DNA of 64,000 bases from the human T2T-CHM13v2.0 reference genome, Homo sapiens, in the NCBI RefSeq assembly GCF_009914755.1, contig NC_060929.1, one strand, 5' to 3'. The first letter of the stretch is position 1. Each line of letters starts with the position of its first letter. A program made the position numbers and the translations under genes. The notes beneath the pieces are model-generated. The model saw only the letters and a program-made list of their open reading frames with translations. It had not been told where the DNA came from and did no database searches. Positions 26,101 to 41,300 of the stretch are shown piece after piece.

Positions 26101-29100
26101 TGAAAAATAGACAGAAGCATTCCAGAAACTGCTTTGTAACATGTGCATTCAACTCACAGTGTTGAACCTTCCTTTTGAGAGAGCGGTTTTGAAACAGTCT
26201 TTTTGTAGTATCTGCAAGTGGATATTTGCAGTGATTTGAGGCCGAAGAAGGAAAAGGAAATACCTTCAAATAAAAAACTAGACGGAAGCATTTTCAGAAA
26301 CTGCCTTGTGATGTGTGCATTCAACTCACAGAGTTGAACCTTCCTTTTGAGAGAGAAGTTTTGAAACAGTCTTTTTGTAGTATTTGCAAGTGGATATTTG
26401 GAGCGATTTGTGGAGTATGGTGGAAAATGAAATATCTTCACATACAAACTAGACAGAAGCATTGTCAGAAACTGCTTTGTGATGTGTGCATTTAAGTCAC
26501 AGACTTGAAACTTCCTTTAGGTAGAGCAGTGTTGAAACACACTTTTTGTATAATCTACAAGTGTTCTTTGGAGTGCTTTGTTGCCTATGTTGGAAAAAGA
26601 AATATCTTCACATAAAAACTAGACAGAAGCATTCTCAGAAACTCCTTTGTAATGGGTTTGTTCAATTCACATTGTTGAACATTTCTTTTGATACAGCAGT
26701 GTTGAAACAAACATTTTGTAGAATCTGCAAGGGTTCATTTCAAATGCTTTGCGGCCTATGTTGGAAAAAGTGATATCTTCACCTAAAAAATAGACAGAAG
26801 CATTCTCAGGAACTGCTTTGTAATATGTGCATTCAACTCACAGAGTTGAACCTTCCTTTTGAGAGAGCGGTTTTGAACAGTCTTTTTGTAGTATCTGCAA
26901 GTGGATATTGGGAGCGATTTGAGGTCTAAGAAGGAAAAGGAAGTAACTTCAAATAAAAACTAGACAGAAGCTTTCTCAGAAACTGCTTTGTGATGTGTGC
27001 ATTTAACTCAAAGTCTTGATCCTTACTTTTGTTAGAGCAGTGTTGAAACACACTTTTTGTAGAAACTGGTAGTGTTCATTTGGAGAGATTTGTTGCCTAT
27101 GGTGGAAAAAGGATTATCTTCTCTTAAAAACTAGACAGAAGCATTCTTAGAAACTGCTTTGTGATGTGTGTGTTCAATTCACAGAGTTGAAACTTTCCTT
27201 TGACAGAGCAGGTTTGAAACACTGCTTCTGTAGAATCTGCTTGTGGATATTGGGAGCTCCTTGAGGAATACGTTGTAAAAGGCATATCTTCACATACAAA
27301 CTAGACAGAAGCATTCTCAGAAACTGTTTTGTGATGTGTGCATTCAACTCACAGAGTTGAACCTTCCATTTGAGAGAGCAGTGTTGAAACGGTCTTTTTG
27401 TAGTATCTTCAATTGGATATTTGGAGCGATTTGAGGCCTATGATGGAAAAGGAAATATCTTCACATACAAACTAGACAGAAGCATTCTCAGAAACTGCTT
27501 TGTGATGTGTGCATTCAACCCACAGAGTTGAACCTTCCTTTTGAGAGAGCAGTGTTGAAACGGTCTTTTGTAGTATCTGCAAGTGGATATTTGGAGCGAT
27601 TTGAGGCCTATGATGGAAAAGGAAATATCTTCACATACAAACTAGACAGAAGCATTCTCAGAAACTGTTTTGTGATGTGTGCATTCAACCGACAGATTTG
27701 AACTTTCCTTTGGAGAGGGAGGTTTTGAAACAGTCTTTTTGTAGTATCTGCAAGTGGATATTTGTAGTGACTTGGGGCCTCAAGTGGAAAAGGAAATACC
27801 TTCACATACAAAGTAGACAGAAGTATTCTCAGAAACTCCATTGTGATGTGTGCACTCAACTCACAGAGTTGAACCTTCCTTTTGAGAGAGCAGTTTTGAA
27901 ACAGTCTTTTTGTAACGTCTGCATGTGGATATTTGGAGCGATTCGAGTAGTATGATGGAAAAGGAAATATCTTCACATACAAACTAAACAGAAGCATTCT
28001 CAGAAACTTCTTGTGATGTGTGCATTCACCTAACAGAGTGGAACCGTTCTTTTGATAGAGCAGTTTTGAATCAGTCTTTTGGTAGGACCTGCAAGTTTTC
28101 ATTTGGAGCGCTTTGAAGCCCATGGTGGAAAAGGGACTATCTTCACAAAAAACTAGGCAGAAGCCTTCTCAGGAACTTCATTGAGATGTGTGCATTCAAC
28201 TAACAGAGTTGAAACTGTCTTTTGACAGAGGAGGAATGAAACACTCCTTTTGTAGTATCTGATTGTGTGTATTTGGAACTCTTTGAGTTATTCGTTGGAA
28301 ACGGGTATCTTCACATAAAAAGTAGACCCAAGCATTCTCAGAAGGTTCTTTGTGATGTGTGCGTTCAACTCACAGACTTGAAACTTTCTTTTGATAGAGC
28401 AGTGTTGAAACACACTTTTTGTAGAATCCACAAGTATTCCTTTGGAGCGCTTTGTTGCCTATGTGGGAAAAAGGAATATCTTCACTTAAAAACTAGACAG
28501 AAGCATTCTCTGAAACTCCTCTGTGAAGTGTGTGTTCAATTCACATCGTTGAACCTTTCTTTTGATAGAGCAGTGTTGAAACATACTTTTTGTAGAATCT
28601 GCAAGTGTCCATTTCGAGTTCTTTGGGCGTATGCTGGAAAAAGTGATATCTTCACCTGAAAAATAGACAGAAGCATTCCAGAAACTGCTTTGTAACATGT
28701 GCATTCAACTCACAGTGTTGAACCTTCCTTTTGAGAGAGCGGTTTTGAAACAGTCTTTTTGTAGTATCTGCAAGTGGATATTTGCAGTGATTTGAGGCCG
28801 AAGAAGGAAAAGGAAATACCTTCAAATAAAAAACTAGACGGAAGCATTTTCAGAAACTGCCTTGTGATGTGTGCATTCAACTCACAGAGTTGAACCTTCC
28901 TTTTGAGAGAGAAGTTTTGAAACAGTCTTTTTGTAGTATTTGCAAGTGGATATTTGGAGCGATTTGTGGAGTATGGTGGAAAATGAAATATCTTCACATA
29001 CAAACTAGACAGAAGCATTGTCAGAAACTGCTTTGTGATGTGTGCATTTAAGTCACAGACTTGAAACTTCCTTTAGGTAGAGCAGTGTTGAAACACACTT

Positions 29101-32100
29101 TTTGTATAATCTACAAGTGTTCTTTGGAGTGCTTTGTTGCCTATGTTGGAAAAAGAAATATCTTCACATAAAAACTAGACAGAAGCATTCTCAGAAACTC
29201 CTTTGTAATGGGTTTGTTCAATTCATATTGTTGAACCTTTCTTTTGATACAGCAGTGTTGAAACAAACATTTTGTAGAATCTGCAAGGGTTCATTTCAAA
29301 TGCTTTGCGGCCTATGTTGGAAAAAGTGATATCTTCACCTAAAAAATAGACAGAAGCATTCTCAGGAACTGCTTTGTAATATGTGCATTCAACTCACAGA
29401 GTTGAACCTTCCTTTTGAGAGAGCGGTTTTGAAACAGTCTTTTTGTAGTATCTGCAAGTGGATATTTGGAGCGATTTGAGGTCTAAGAAGGAAAAGGAAG
29501 TACCTTCAAATAAAAACTAGACAGAAGCTTTCTCAGAAACTGCTTTGTGATGTGTGCATTTAACTCAAAGTCTTGATCCTTACTTTTGTTAGAGCAGTGT
29601 TGAAACACACTTTTTGTAGAACCTGGTAGTGTTCATTTGGAGAGATTTGTTGCCTATGGTGGAAAAAGGATTATCTTCTCTTAAAAACTAGACAGAAGCA
29701 TTCTTAGAAACTGCTTTGTGATGTGTGTGTTCAATTCACAGAGTTGAAACTTTCCTTTGACAGAGCAGGTTTGAAACACTGCTTCTGTAGAATCTGCTTG
29801 TGGATATTGGGAGCTCCTTGAGGAATACGTTGTAAAAGGCATATCTTCACATACAAACTAGACAGAAGCATTCTCAGAAACTGTTTTGTGATGTGTGCAT
29901 TCAACTCACAGAGTTGAACCTTCCATTTGAGAGAGCAGTGTTGAAACGGTCTTTTTGTAGTATCTTCAATTGGATATTTGGAGCGATTTGAGGCCTATGA
30001 TGGAAAAGGAAATATCTTCACATACAAACTAGACAGAAGCATTCTCAGAAACTGCTTTGTGATGTGTGCATTCAACCCACAGAGTTGAACCTTCCTTTTG
30101 AGAGAGCAGTGTTGAAACGGTCTTTTGTAGTATCTGCAAGTGGATATTTGGAGCGATTTGACGCCTATGATGGAAAAGGAAATATCTTCACATACAAACT
30201 AGACAGAAGCATTCTCAGAAACTGTTTTGTGATGTGTGCATTCAACCGACAGATTTGAACTTTCCTTTGGAGAGGGACGTTTTGAAACAGTCTTTTTGTA
30301 GTATCTGCAAGTGGATATTTGTAGTGACTTGGGGCCTCAGGTGGAAAAGGAAATACCTTCACATACAAAGTAGATAGAAGTATTCTCAGAAACTCCATTG
30401 TGATGTGTGCACTCAACTCACAGAGTTGAACCTTCCTTTTGAGAGAGCAGTTTTGAAACAGTCTTTTTGTAACGTCTGCATGTGGATATTTGGAGCGATT
30501 CGAGTAGTATGATGGAAAAGGAAATATCTTCACATACAAACTAAACAGAAGCATTCTCAGAAACTTCTTGTGATGTGTGCATTCACCTAACAGAGTGGAA
30601 CCGTTCTTTTGATAGAGCAGTTTTGAATCAGTCTTTTGGTAGGACCTGCAAGTTTTCATTTGGAGCGCTTTGAAGCCCATGGTGGAAAAGGGACTATCTT
30701 CACAAAAAACTAGGCAGAAGCCTTCTCAGGAACTTCATTGAGATGTGTGCATTCAACTAACAGAGTTGAAACTGTCTTTTGACAGAGGAGGAATGAAACA
30801 CTCCTTTTGTAGTATCTGATTGTGTGTATTTGGAACTCTTTGAGTTATTCGTTGGAAACGGGTATCTTCACATAAAAAGTAGACCCAAGCATTCTCAGAA
30901 GGTTCTTTGTGATGTGTGCGTTCAACTCACAGACTTGAAACTTTCTTTTGATAGAGCAGTGTTGAAACACACTTTTTGTAGAATCCACAAGTATTCCTTT
31001 GGAGCGCTTTGTTGCCTATGTGGGAAAAAGGAATATCTTCACTTAAAAACTAGACAGAAGCATTCTCTGAAACTCCTCTGTGAAGTGTGTGTTCAATTCA
31101 CATCGTTGAACCTTTCTTTTGATAGAGCAGTGTTGAAACATACTTTTTGTAGAATCTGCAAGTGTCCATTTCGAGTTCTTTTGTGCGTATGCTGGAAAAA
31201 GTGATATCTTCACCTGAAAAATAGACAGAAGCATTCCAGAAACTGCTTTGTAACATGTGCATTCAACTCACAGTGTTGAACCTTCCTTTTGAGAGAGCGG
31301 TTTTGAAACAGTCTTTTTGTAGTATCTGCAAGTGGATATTTGCAGTGATTTGAGGCCGAAGAAGGAAAAGGAAATACCTTCAAATAAAAAACTAGACGGA
31401 AGCATTTTCAGAAACTGCCTTGTGATGTGTGCATTCAACTCACAGAGTTGAACCTTCCTTTTGAGAGAGAAGTTTTGAAACAGTCTTTTTGTAGTATTTG
31501 CAAGTGGATATTTGGAGCGATTTGTGGAGTATGGTGGAAAATGAAATATCTTCACATACAAAGTAGACAGAAGCATTCTCAGAAACTGCTTTGTGATGTG
31601 TGCATTTAAGTCACAGACTTGAAACTTCCTTTAGGTAGAGCAGTGTTGAAACACACTTTTTGTATAATCTACAAGTGTTCTTTGGAGTGCTTTGTTGCCT
31701 ATGTTGGAAAAAGAAATATCTTCACATAAAAACTAGACAGAAGCATTCTCAGAAACTCCTTTGTAATGGGTTTGTTCAATTCATATTGTTGAACCTTTCT
31801 TTTGATACAGCAGTGTTGAAACAAACATTTTGTAGAATCTGCAAGGGTTCATTTCAAATGCTTTGCGGCCTATGTTGGAAAAAGTGATATCTTCACCTAA
31901 AAAATAGACAGAAGCATTCTCAGGAACTGCTTTGTAATATGTGCATTCAACTCACAGAGTTGAACCTTCCTTTTGAGAGAGCGGTTTTGAAACAGTCTTT
32001 TTGTAGTATCTGCAAGTGGATATTTGGAGCGATTTGAGGTCTAAGAAGGAAAAGGAAGTACCTTCAAATAAAAACTAGACAGAAGCTTTCTCAGAAACTG

Positions 32101-35100
32101 CTTTGTGATGTGTGCATTTAACTCAAAGTCTTGATCCTTACTTTTGTTAGAGCAGTGTTGAAACACACTTTTTGTAGAACCTGGTAGTGTTCATTTGGAG
32201 AGATTTGTTGCCTATGGTGGAAAAAGGATTATCTTCTCTTAAAAACTAGACAGAAGCATTCTTAGAAACTGCTTTGTGATGTGTGTGTTCAATTCACAGA
32301 GTTGAAACTTTCCTTTGACAGAGCAGGTTTGAAACACTGCTTCTGTAGAATCTGCTTGTGGATATTGGGAGCTCCTTGAGGAATACGTTGTAAAAGGCAT
32401 ATCTTCACATACAAACTAGACAGAAGCATTCTCAGAAACTGCTTTGTGATGTGTGCATTCAACTCACAGAGTTGAACCTTCCATTTGAGAGAGCAGTGTT
32501 GAAACGGTCTTTTTGTAGTATCTTCAATTGGATATTTGGAGCGATTTGAGGCCTATGATGGAAAAGGAAATATCTTCACATACAAACTAGACAGAAGCAT
32601 TCTCAGAAACTGCTTTGTGATGTGTGCATTCAACCCACAGAGTTGAACCTTCCTTTTGAGAGAGCAGTGTTGAAACGGTCTTTTGAAGTATCTGCAAGTG
32701 GATATTTGGAGCGATTTGAGGCCTATGATGGAAAAGGAAATATCTTCACATACAAACTAGACAGAAGCATTCTCAGAAACTGCTTTGTGATGTGTGCATT
32801 CAACCGACAGATTTGAACTTTCCTTTGGAGAGGGAGGTTTTGAAACAGTCTTTTTGTAGTATCTGCAAGTGGATATTTGTAGTGACTTGGGGCCTCAGGT
32901 GGAAAAGGAAATACCTTCACATACAAAGTAGACAGAAGTATTCTCAGAAACTCCATTGTGATGTGTGCACTCAACTCACAGAGTTGAACCTTCCTTTTGA
33001 GAGAGCAGTTTTGAAACAGTCTTTTCGTAACGTCTGCATGTGGATATTTGGAGCGATTCGAGTAGTATGATGGAAAAGGAAATATCTTCACATACAAACT
33101 AAACAGAAGCATTCTCAGAAACTTCTTGTGATGTGTGCATTCACCTAACAGAGTGGAACCGTTCTTTTGATAGAGCAGTTTTGAATCAGTCTTTTGGTAG
33201 GACCTGCAAGTTTTCATTTGGAGCGCTTTGAAGCCCATGGTGGAAAAGGGACTATCTTCACAAAAAACTAGGCAGAAGCCTTCTCAGGAACTTCATTGAG
33301 ATGTGTGCATTCAACTAACAGAGTTGAAACTGTCTTTTGACAGAGGAGGAATGAAACACTCCTTTTGTAGTATCTGATTGTGTGTATTTGGAACTCTTTG
33401 AGTTATTCGTTGGAAACGGGTATCTTCACATAAAAAGTAGACCCAAGCATTCTCAGAAGGTTCTTTGTGATGTGTGCGTTCAACTCACAGACTTGAAACT
33501 TTCTTTTGATAGAGCAGTGTTGAAACACACTTTTTGTAGAATCCACAAGTATTCTTTGGAGCGCTTTGTTGCCTATGTGGGAAAAAGGAATATCTTCACT
33601 TAAAAACTAGACAGAAGCATTCTCTGAAACTCCTCTGTGAAGTGTGTGTTCAATTCACATCGTTGAACCTTTCTTTTGATAGAGCAGTGTTGAAACATAC
33701 TTTTTGTAGAATCTGCAAGTGTCCATTTCGAGTTCTTTTGTGCGTATGCTGGAAAAAGTGATATCTTCACCTGAAAAATAGACAGAAGCATTCCAGAAAC
33801 TGCTTTGTAACATGTGCATTCAACTCACAGTGTTGAACCTTCCTTTTGAGAGAGCGGTTTTGAAACAGTCTTTTTGTAGTATCTGCAAGTGGATATTTGC
33901 AGTGATTTGAGGCCGAAGAAGGAAAAGGAAATACCTTCAAATAAAAAACTAGACGGAAGCATTTTCAGAAACTGCCTTGTGATGTGTGCATTCAACTCAC
34001 AGAGTTGAACCTTCCTTTTGAGAGAGAAGTTTTGAAACAGTCTTTTTGTAGTATTTGCAAGTGGATATTTGGAGCGATTTGTGGAGTATGGTGGAAAATG
34101 AAATATCTTCACATACAAACTAGACAGAAGCATTGTCAGAAACTGCTTTGTGATGTGTGCATTTAAGTCACAGACTTGAAACTTCCTTTAGGTAGAGCAG
34201 TGTTGAAACACACTTTTTGTATAATCTACAAGTGTTCTTTGGAGTGCTTTGTTGCCTATGTTGGAAAAAGAAATATCTTCACATAAAAACTAGACAGAAG
34301 CATTCTCAGAAACTCCTTTGTGATGGGTTTGTTCAATTCACATTGTTGAACCTTTCTTTTGATACAGCAGTGTTGAAACAAACATTTTGTAGAATCTGCA
34401 AGGGTTCATTTCAAATGCTTTACCTCCTATGTTGGAAAAAGTGATATCTTCACCTAAAAAATAGACAGAAGCATTCTCAGGAACTGCTTTGTAATATGTG
34501 CATTCAACTCACAGAGTTGAACCTTCCTTTTGAGAGAGCGGTTTTGAAACAGTCTTTTTGTAGTATCTGCAAGTGGATATTTGGAGCGATTTGAGGTCTA
34601 AGAAGGAAAAGGAAGTACCTTCAAATAAAAACTAGACAGAAGCTTTCTCAGAAACTGCTTTGTGATGTGTGCATTTAACTCAAAGTCTTGATCCTTACTT
34701 TTGTTAGAGCAGTGTTGAAACACACTTTTTGTAGAACCTGGTAGTGTTCATTTGGAGAGATTTGTTGCCTATGGTGGAAAAAGGATTATCTTCTCTTAAA
34801 AACTAGACAGAAGCATTCTTAGAAACTGCTTTGTGATGTGTGTGTTCAATTCACAGAGTTGAAACTTTCTTTGACAGAGCAGGTTTGAAACACTGCTTCT
34901 CTAGAATCTGCTTGTGGATATTGGGAGCTCCTTGAGGAATACGTTGTAAAAGGCATATCTTCACATACAAACTAGACAGAAGCATTCTCAGAAACTGCTT
35001 TGTGATGTGTGCATTCAACTCACAGAGTTGAACCTTCCATTTGAGAGAGCAGTGTTGAAACGGTCTTTTTGTAGTATCTTCAATTGGATATTTGGAGCGA

Positions 35101-38100
35101 TTTGAGGTCTATGATGGAAAAGGAAATATCTTCACATACAAACTAGACAGAAGCATTCTCAGAAACTGCTTTGTGATGTGTGCATTCAACCCACAGAGTT
35201 GAACCTTCCTTTTGAGAGAGCAGTGTTGAAACGGTCTTTTGTAGTATCTGCAAGTGGATATTTGGAGCGATTTGAGGCCTATGATGGAAAAGGAAATATC
35301 TTCACATACAAACTAGACAGAAGCATTCTCAGAAACTGCTTTGTGATGTGTGCATTCAACCGACAGGTTTGAACTTTCCTTTGGAGAGGGAGGTTTTGAA
35401 ACAGTCTTTTTGTAGTATCTGCAAGTGGATATTTGTAGTGACTTGGGGCCTCAGGTGGAAAAGGAAATACCTTCACATACAAAGTAGACAGAAGTATTCT
35501 CAGAAACTCCATTGTGATGTGTGCACTCAACTCACAGAGTTAAACCTTCCTTTTGAGAGAGCAGTTTTGAAACAGTCTTTTTGTAACGTCTGCATGTGGA
35601 TATTTGGAGCGATTCGAGTAGTATGATGGAAAAGGAAATATCTTCACGTACAAACTAAACAGAAGCATTCTCAGAAACTTCTTGTGATGTGTGCATTCAC
35701 CTAACAGAGTGGAACCGTTCTTTTGATAGAGCAGTTTTGAATCAGTCTTTTGGTAGGACCTGCAAGTTTTCATTTGGAGCGCTTTGAAGCCCATGGTGGA
35801 AAAGGGACTATCTTCACAAAAAACTAGGCAGAAGCCTTCTCAGGAACTTCATTGAGATGTGTGCATTCAACTAACAGAGTTGAAACTGTCTTTTGACAGA
35901 GGAGGAATGAAACACTCCTTTTGTAGTATCTGATTGTGTGTATTTGGAACTCTTTGAGTTATTCGTTGGAAACGGGTATCTTCACATAAAAAGTAGACCC
36001 AAGCATTCTCAGAAGGTTCTTTGTGATGTGTGCGTTCAACTCACAGACTTGAAACTTTCTTTTGATAGAGCAGTGTTGAAACACACTTTTTGTAGAATCC
36101 ACAAGTATTCCTTTGGAGCGCTTTGTTGCCTATGTGGGAAAAAGGAATATCTTCACTTAAAAACTAGACAGAAGCATTCTCTGAAACTCCTCTGTGAAGT
36201 GTGTGTTCAATTCACATCGTTGAACCTTTCTTTTGATAGAGCAGTGTTGAAACATACTTTTTGTAGAATCTGCAAGTGTCCATTTCGAGTTCTTTTGTGC
36301 GTATGCTGGAAAAAGTGATATCTTCACCTGAAAAATAGACAGAAGCATTCCGGAAACTGCTTTGTAACATGTGCATTCAACTCACAGTGTTGAACCTTCC
36401 TTTTGAGAGAGCGGTTTTGAAACAGTCTTTTTGTAGAATCTGCAAGTGGATATTTGCAGTGATTTGAGGCCGAAGAAGGAAAAGGAAATACCTTCAAATA
36501 AAAAACTAGACGGAAGCATTTTCAGAAACTGCCTTGTGATGTGTGCATTCAACTCACAGAGTTGAACCTTCCTTTTGAGAGAGAAGTTTTGAAACAGTCT
36601 TTTTGTAGTATTTGCAAGTGGATATTTGGAGCGATTTGTGGAGTATGGTGGAAAATGAAATATCTTCACATACAAACTAGACAGAAGCATTGTCAGAAAC
36701 TGCTTTGTGATGTGTGCATTTAAGTCACAGACTTGAAACTTCCTTTAGGTAGAGCAGTGTTGAAACACACTTTTTGTATAATCTACAAGTGTTCTTTGGA
36801 GTGCTTTGTTGCCTATGTTGGAAAAAGAAATATCTTCACATAAAAACTAGACAGAAGCATTCTCAGAAACTCCTTTGTAATGGGTTTGTTCAATTCACAT
36901 TGTTGAACCTTTCTTTTGATACAGCAGTGTTGAAAGAAACATTTTGTAGAATCTGCAAGGGTTCATTTCAAATGCTTTGCGGCCTATGTTGGAAAAAGTG
37001 ATATCTTCACCTAAAAAATAGACAGAAGCATTCTCAGGAACTGCTTTGTAATATGTGCATTCAACTCACAGAGTTGAACCTTCCTTTTGAGAGAGCGGTT
37101 TTGAAACAGTCTTTTTGTAGTATCTGCAAGTGGATATTTGGAGCGATTTGAGGTCTAAGAAGGAAAAGGAAGTACCTTCAAATAAAAACTAGACAGAAGC
37201 TTTCTCAGAAACTGCTTTGTGATGTGTGCATTTAACTCAAAGTCTTGATCCTTACTTTTGTTAGAGCAGTGTTGAAACACACTTTTTGTAGAACCTGGTA
37301 GTGTTCATTTGGAGAGATTTGTTGCCTATGGTGGAAAAAGGATTATCTTCTCTTAAAAACTAGACAGAAGCATTCTTAGAAACTGCTTTGTGATGTGTGT
37401 GTTCAATTCACAGAGTTGAAACTTTCCTTTGACAGAGCAGGTTTGAAACACTGCTTCTGTAGAATCTGCTTGTGGATATTGGGAGCTACTTGAGGAATAC
37501 GTTGTAAAAGGCATATCTTCACATACAAACTAGACAGAAGCATTCTCAGAAACTGCTTTGTGATGTGTGCATTCAACTCACAGAGTTGAACCTTCCATTT
37601 GAGAGAGCAGTGTTGAAACGGTCTTTTTGTAGTATCTTCAATTGGATATTTGGAGCGATTTGAGGTCTATGATGGAAAAGGAAATATCTTCACATACAAA
37701 CTAGACAGAAGCATTCTCAGAAACTGCTTTGTGATGTGTGCATTCAACCCACAGAGTTGAACCTTCCTTTTGAGAGAGCAGTGTTGAAACGGTCTTTTGT
37801 AGTATCTGCAAGTGGATATTTGGAGCGATTTGAGGCCTATGATGGAAAAGGAAATATCTTCACATACAAACTAGACAGAAGCATTCTCAGAAACTGCTTT
37901 GTGATGTGTGCATTCAACCGACAGATTTGAACTTTCCTTTGGAGAGGGAGGTTTTGAAACAGTCTTTTTGTAGTATCTGCAAGTGGATATTTGTAGTGAC
38001 TTGGGGCCTCAGGTGGAAAAGGAAATACCTTCACATACAAAGTAGACAGAAGTATTCTCAGAAACTCCATTGTGATGTGTGCACTCAACTCAGAGAGTTA

Positions 38101-38365
38101 AACCTTCCTTTTGAGAGAGCAGTTTTGAAACAGTCTTTTTGTAACGTCTGCATGTGGATATTTGGAGCGATTCGAGTAGTATGATGGAAAAGGAAATATC
38201 TTCACATACAAACTAAACAGAAGCATTCTCAGAAACTTCTTGTGATGTGTGCATTCACCTAACAGAGTGGAACCGTTCTTTTGATAGAGCAGTTTTGAAT
38301 CAGTCTTTTGGTAGGACCTGCAAGTTTTCATTTGGAGCGCTTTGAAGCCCATGGTGGAAAAGGGA

Positions 38366-41300
38366 CTATCTTCACAAAAAACTAGGCAGAAGCCTTCTCA
38401 GGAACTTCATTGAGATGTGTGCATTCAACTAACAGAGTTGAAACTGTCTTTTGACAGAGGAGGAATGAAACACTCCTTTTGTAGTATCTGATTGTGTGTA
38501 TTTGGAACTCTTTGAGTTATTCGTTGGAAACGGGTATCTTCACATAAAAAGTAGACCCAAGCATTCTCAGAAGGTTCTTTGTGATGTGTGCGTTCAACTC
38601 ACAGACTTGAAACTTTCTTTTGATAGAGCAGTGTTGAAACACACTTTTTGTAGAATCCACAAGTATTCCTTTGGAGCGCTTTGTTGCCTATGTGGGAAAA
38701 AGGAATATCTTCACTTAAAAACTAGACAGAAGCATTCTCTGAAACTCCTCTGTGAAGTGTGTGTTCAATTCACATCGTTGAACCTTTCTTTTGATAGAGC
38801 AGTGTTGAAACATAATTTTTGTAGAATCTGCAAGTGTAAATTTCGAGTTCTTTTGTGCGTATGCTGGAAAAAGTGATATCTTCACCTGAAAAATAGACAG
38901 AAGCATTCCAGAAACTGCTTTGTAACATGTGCATTCAACTCACAGTGTTGAACCTTCCTTTTGAGGGAGCGGTTTTGAAACAGTCTTTTTGTAGTATCTG
39001 CAAGTGGATATTTGCAGTGATTTGAGGCCGAAGAAAGAAAAGGAAATACCTTCAAATAAAAAACCAGACGGAAGCATTTTCAGAAACTGCCTTGTGATGT
39101 GTGCATTCAACTCACAGAGTTGAACCTTCCTTTTGAGAGAGAAGTTTTGAAACAGTCTTTTTGTAGTATTTGCAAGTGGATATTTGGAGCGATTTGTGGA
39201 GTATGGTGGAAAATGAAATATCTTCACATACAAACTAGACAGAAGCATTCTCAGAAACTGCTTTGTGATGTGTGCACTTAAGTCACAGACTTGAAACTTC
39301 CTTTAGGTAGAGCAGTGTTGAAACACACTTTTTGTATAATCTACAAGTGTTCTTTGGAGTGCTTTGTTGCCTATGTTGGAAAAAGAATTATCTTCACATA
39401 AAAACTAGACAGAAGCATTCTCAGAAACTCCTTTGTGATGGGTTTGTTCAATTCACATTGTTGAACCTTTCTTTTGATACAGCAGTGTTGAAACAAACAT
39501 TTTGTAGAATCTGCAAGGGTTCATTTCAAATGCTTTGCGGCCTATGTTGGAAAAAGTGATATGTTCACCTAAAAATAGACAGAAGCATTCTCAGGAATTG
39601 CTTTGTAAGATGTGCATTCAACTCACAGAGTTGAACCTTCCTTTTGAGAGAGCGGTTTTGAAACAGTCTTTTTGTAGTATCTGCAAGTGGATATTTGGAG
39701 CGATTTGAGGTCTAAGAAGGAAAAGGAAGTACCTTCAAATAAAAACTAGACAGAAGCTTTCTCAGAAACTGCTTTGTGATGTGTGCATTTAACTCAAAGT
39801 CTTGATCCTTACTTTTGTTAGAGCAGTGTTGAAACACACTTTTTGTAGAACCTGGTAGTGTTCATTTGGAGAGATTTGTTGCCTATTGTGGAAAAAGGAT
39901 TATCTTCTCTTAAAAACTAGACAGAAGCATTCTTAGAAACGGCTTTGTGATGTGTGTGTTCAATTCACAGAGTTGAAACTTTCCTTTGACAGAGCAGGTT
40001 TGAAACACTGCTTCTGTAGAATCTGCTTGTGGATATTGGGAGCTCCTTGAGGAATACGTTGTAAAAGGCATATCTTCACATACAAACTAGACAGAAGCAT
40101 TCTCAGAAACTGCTTTGTGATGTGTGCATTCAACTCACAGAGTTGAACCTTCCATTTGAGAGAGCAGTGTTGAAACGGTCTTTTTGTAGTATCTTCAATT
40201 GGATATTTGGAGCGATTTGAGGTCTATGATGGAAAAGGAAATATCTTCACATACAAACTAGACAGAAGCATTCTCAGAAACTGCTTTGTGATGTGTGCAT
40301 TCAACCCACAGAGTTGAACCTTCCTTTTGAGAGAGCAGTGTTGAAACGGTCTTTTGTAGTATCTGCAAGTGGATATTTGGAGCGATTTGAGGCCTATGAT
40401 GGAAAAGGAAATATCTTCACATACAAACTAGACAGAAGCATTCTCAGAAACTGCTTTGTGATGTGTGCATTCAACCGACAGATTTGAACTTTCCTTTGGA
40501 GAGGGAGGTTTTGAAACAGTCTTTTTGTAGTATCTGCAAGTGGATATTTGTAGTGACTTGGGGCCTCAGGTGGAAAAGGAAATACCTTCACATACAAAGT
40601 AGACAGAAGTATTCTCAGAAACTCCATTGTGATGTGTGCACTCAACTCACAGAGTTAAACCTTCCTTTTGAGAGAGCAGTTTTGAAACAGTCTTTTTGTA
40701 ACGTCTGCATGTGGATATTTGGAGCGATTCGAGTAGTATGATGGAAAAGGAAATATCTTCACATACAAACTAAACAGAAGCATTCTCAGAAACTTCTTGT
40801 GATGTGTGCATTCACCTAACAGAGTGGAACCGTTCTTTTGATAGAGCAGTTTTGAATCAGTCTTTTGGTAGGACCTGCAAGTTTTCATTTGGAGCGCTTT
40901 GAAGCCCATGGTGGAAAAGGGACTATCTTCACAAAAAACTAGGCAGAAGCCTTCTCACGAACTTCATTGAGATGTGTGCATTCAACTAACAGAGTTGAAA
41001 CTGTCTTTTGACAGAGGAGGAATGAAACACTCCTTTTGTAGTATCTGATTGTGTGTATTTGGAACTCTTTGAGTTATTCGTTGGAAACGGGTATCTTCAC
41101 ATAAAAAGTAGACCCAAGCATTCTCAGAAGGTTCTTTGTGATGTGTGCGTTCAACTCACAGACTTGAAACTTTCTTTTGATAGAGCAGTGTTGAAACACA
41201 CTTTTTGTAGAATCCACAAGTATTCCTTTGGAGCGCTTTGTTGCCTATGTGGGAAAAAGGAATATCTTCACTTAAAAACTAGACAGAAGCATTCTCTGAA

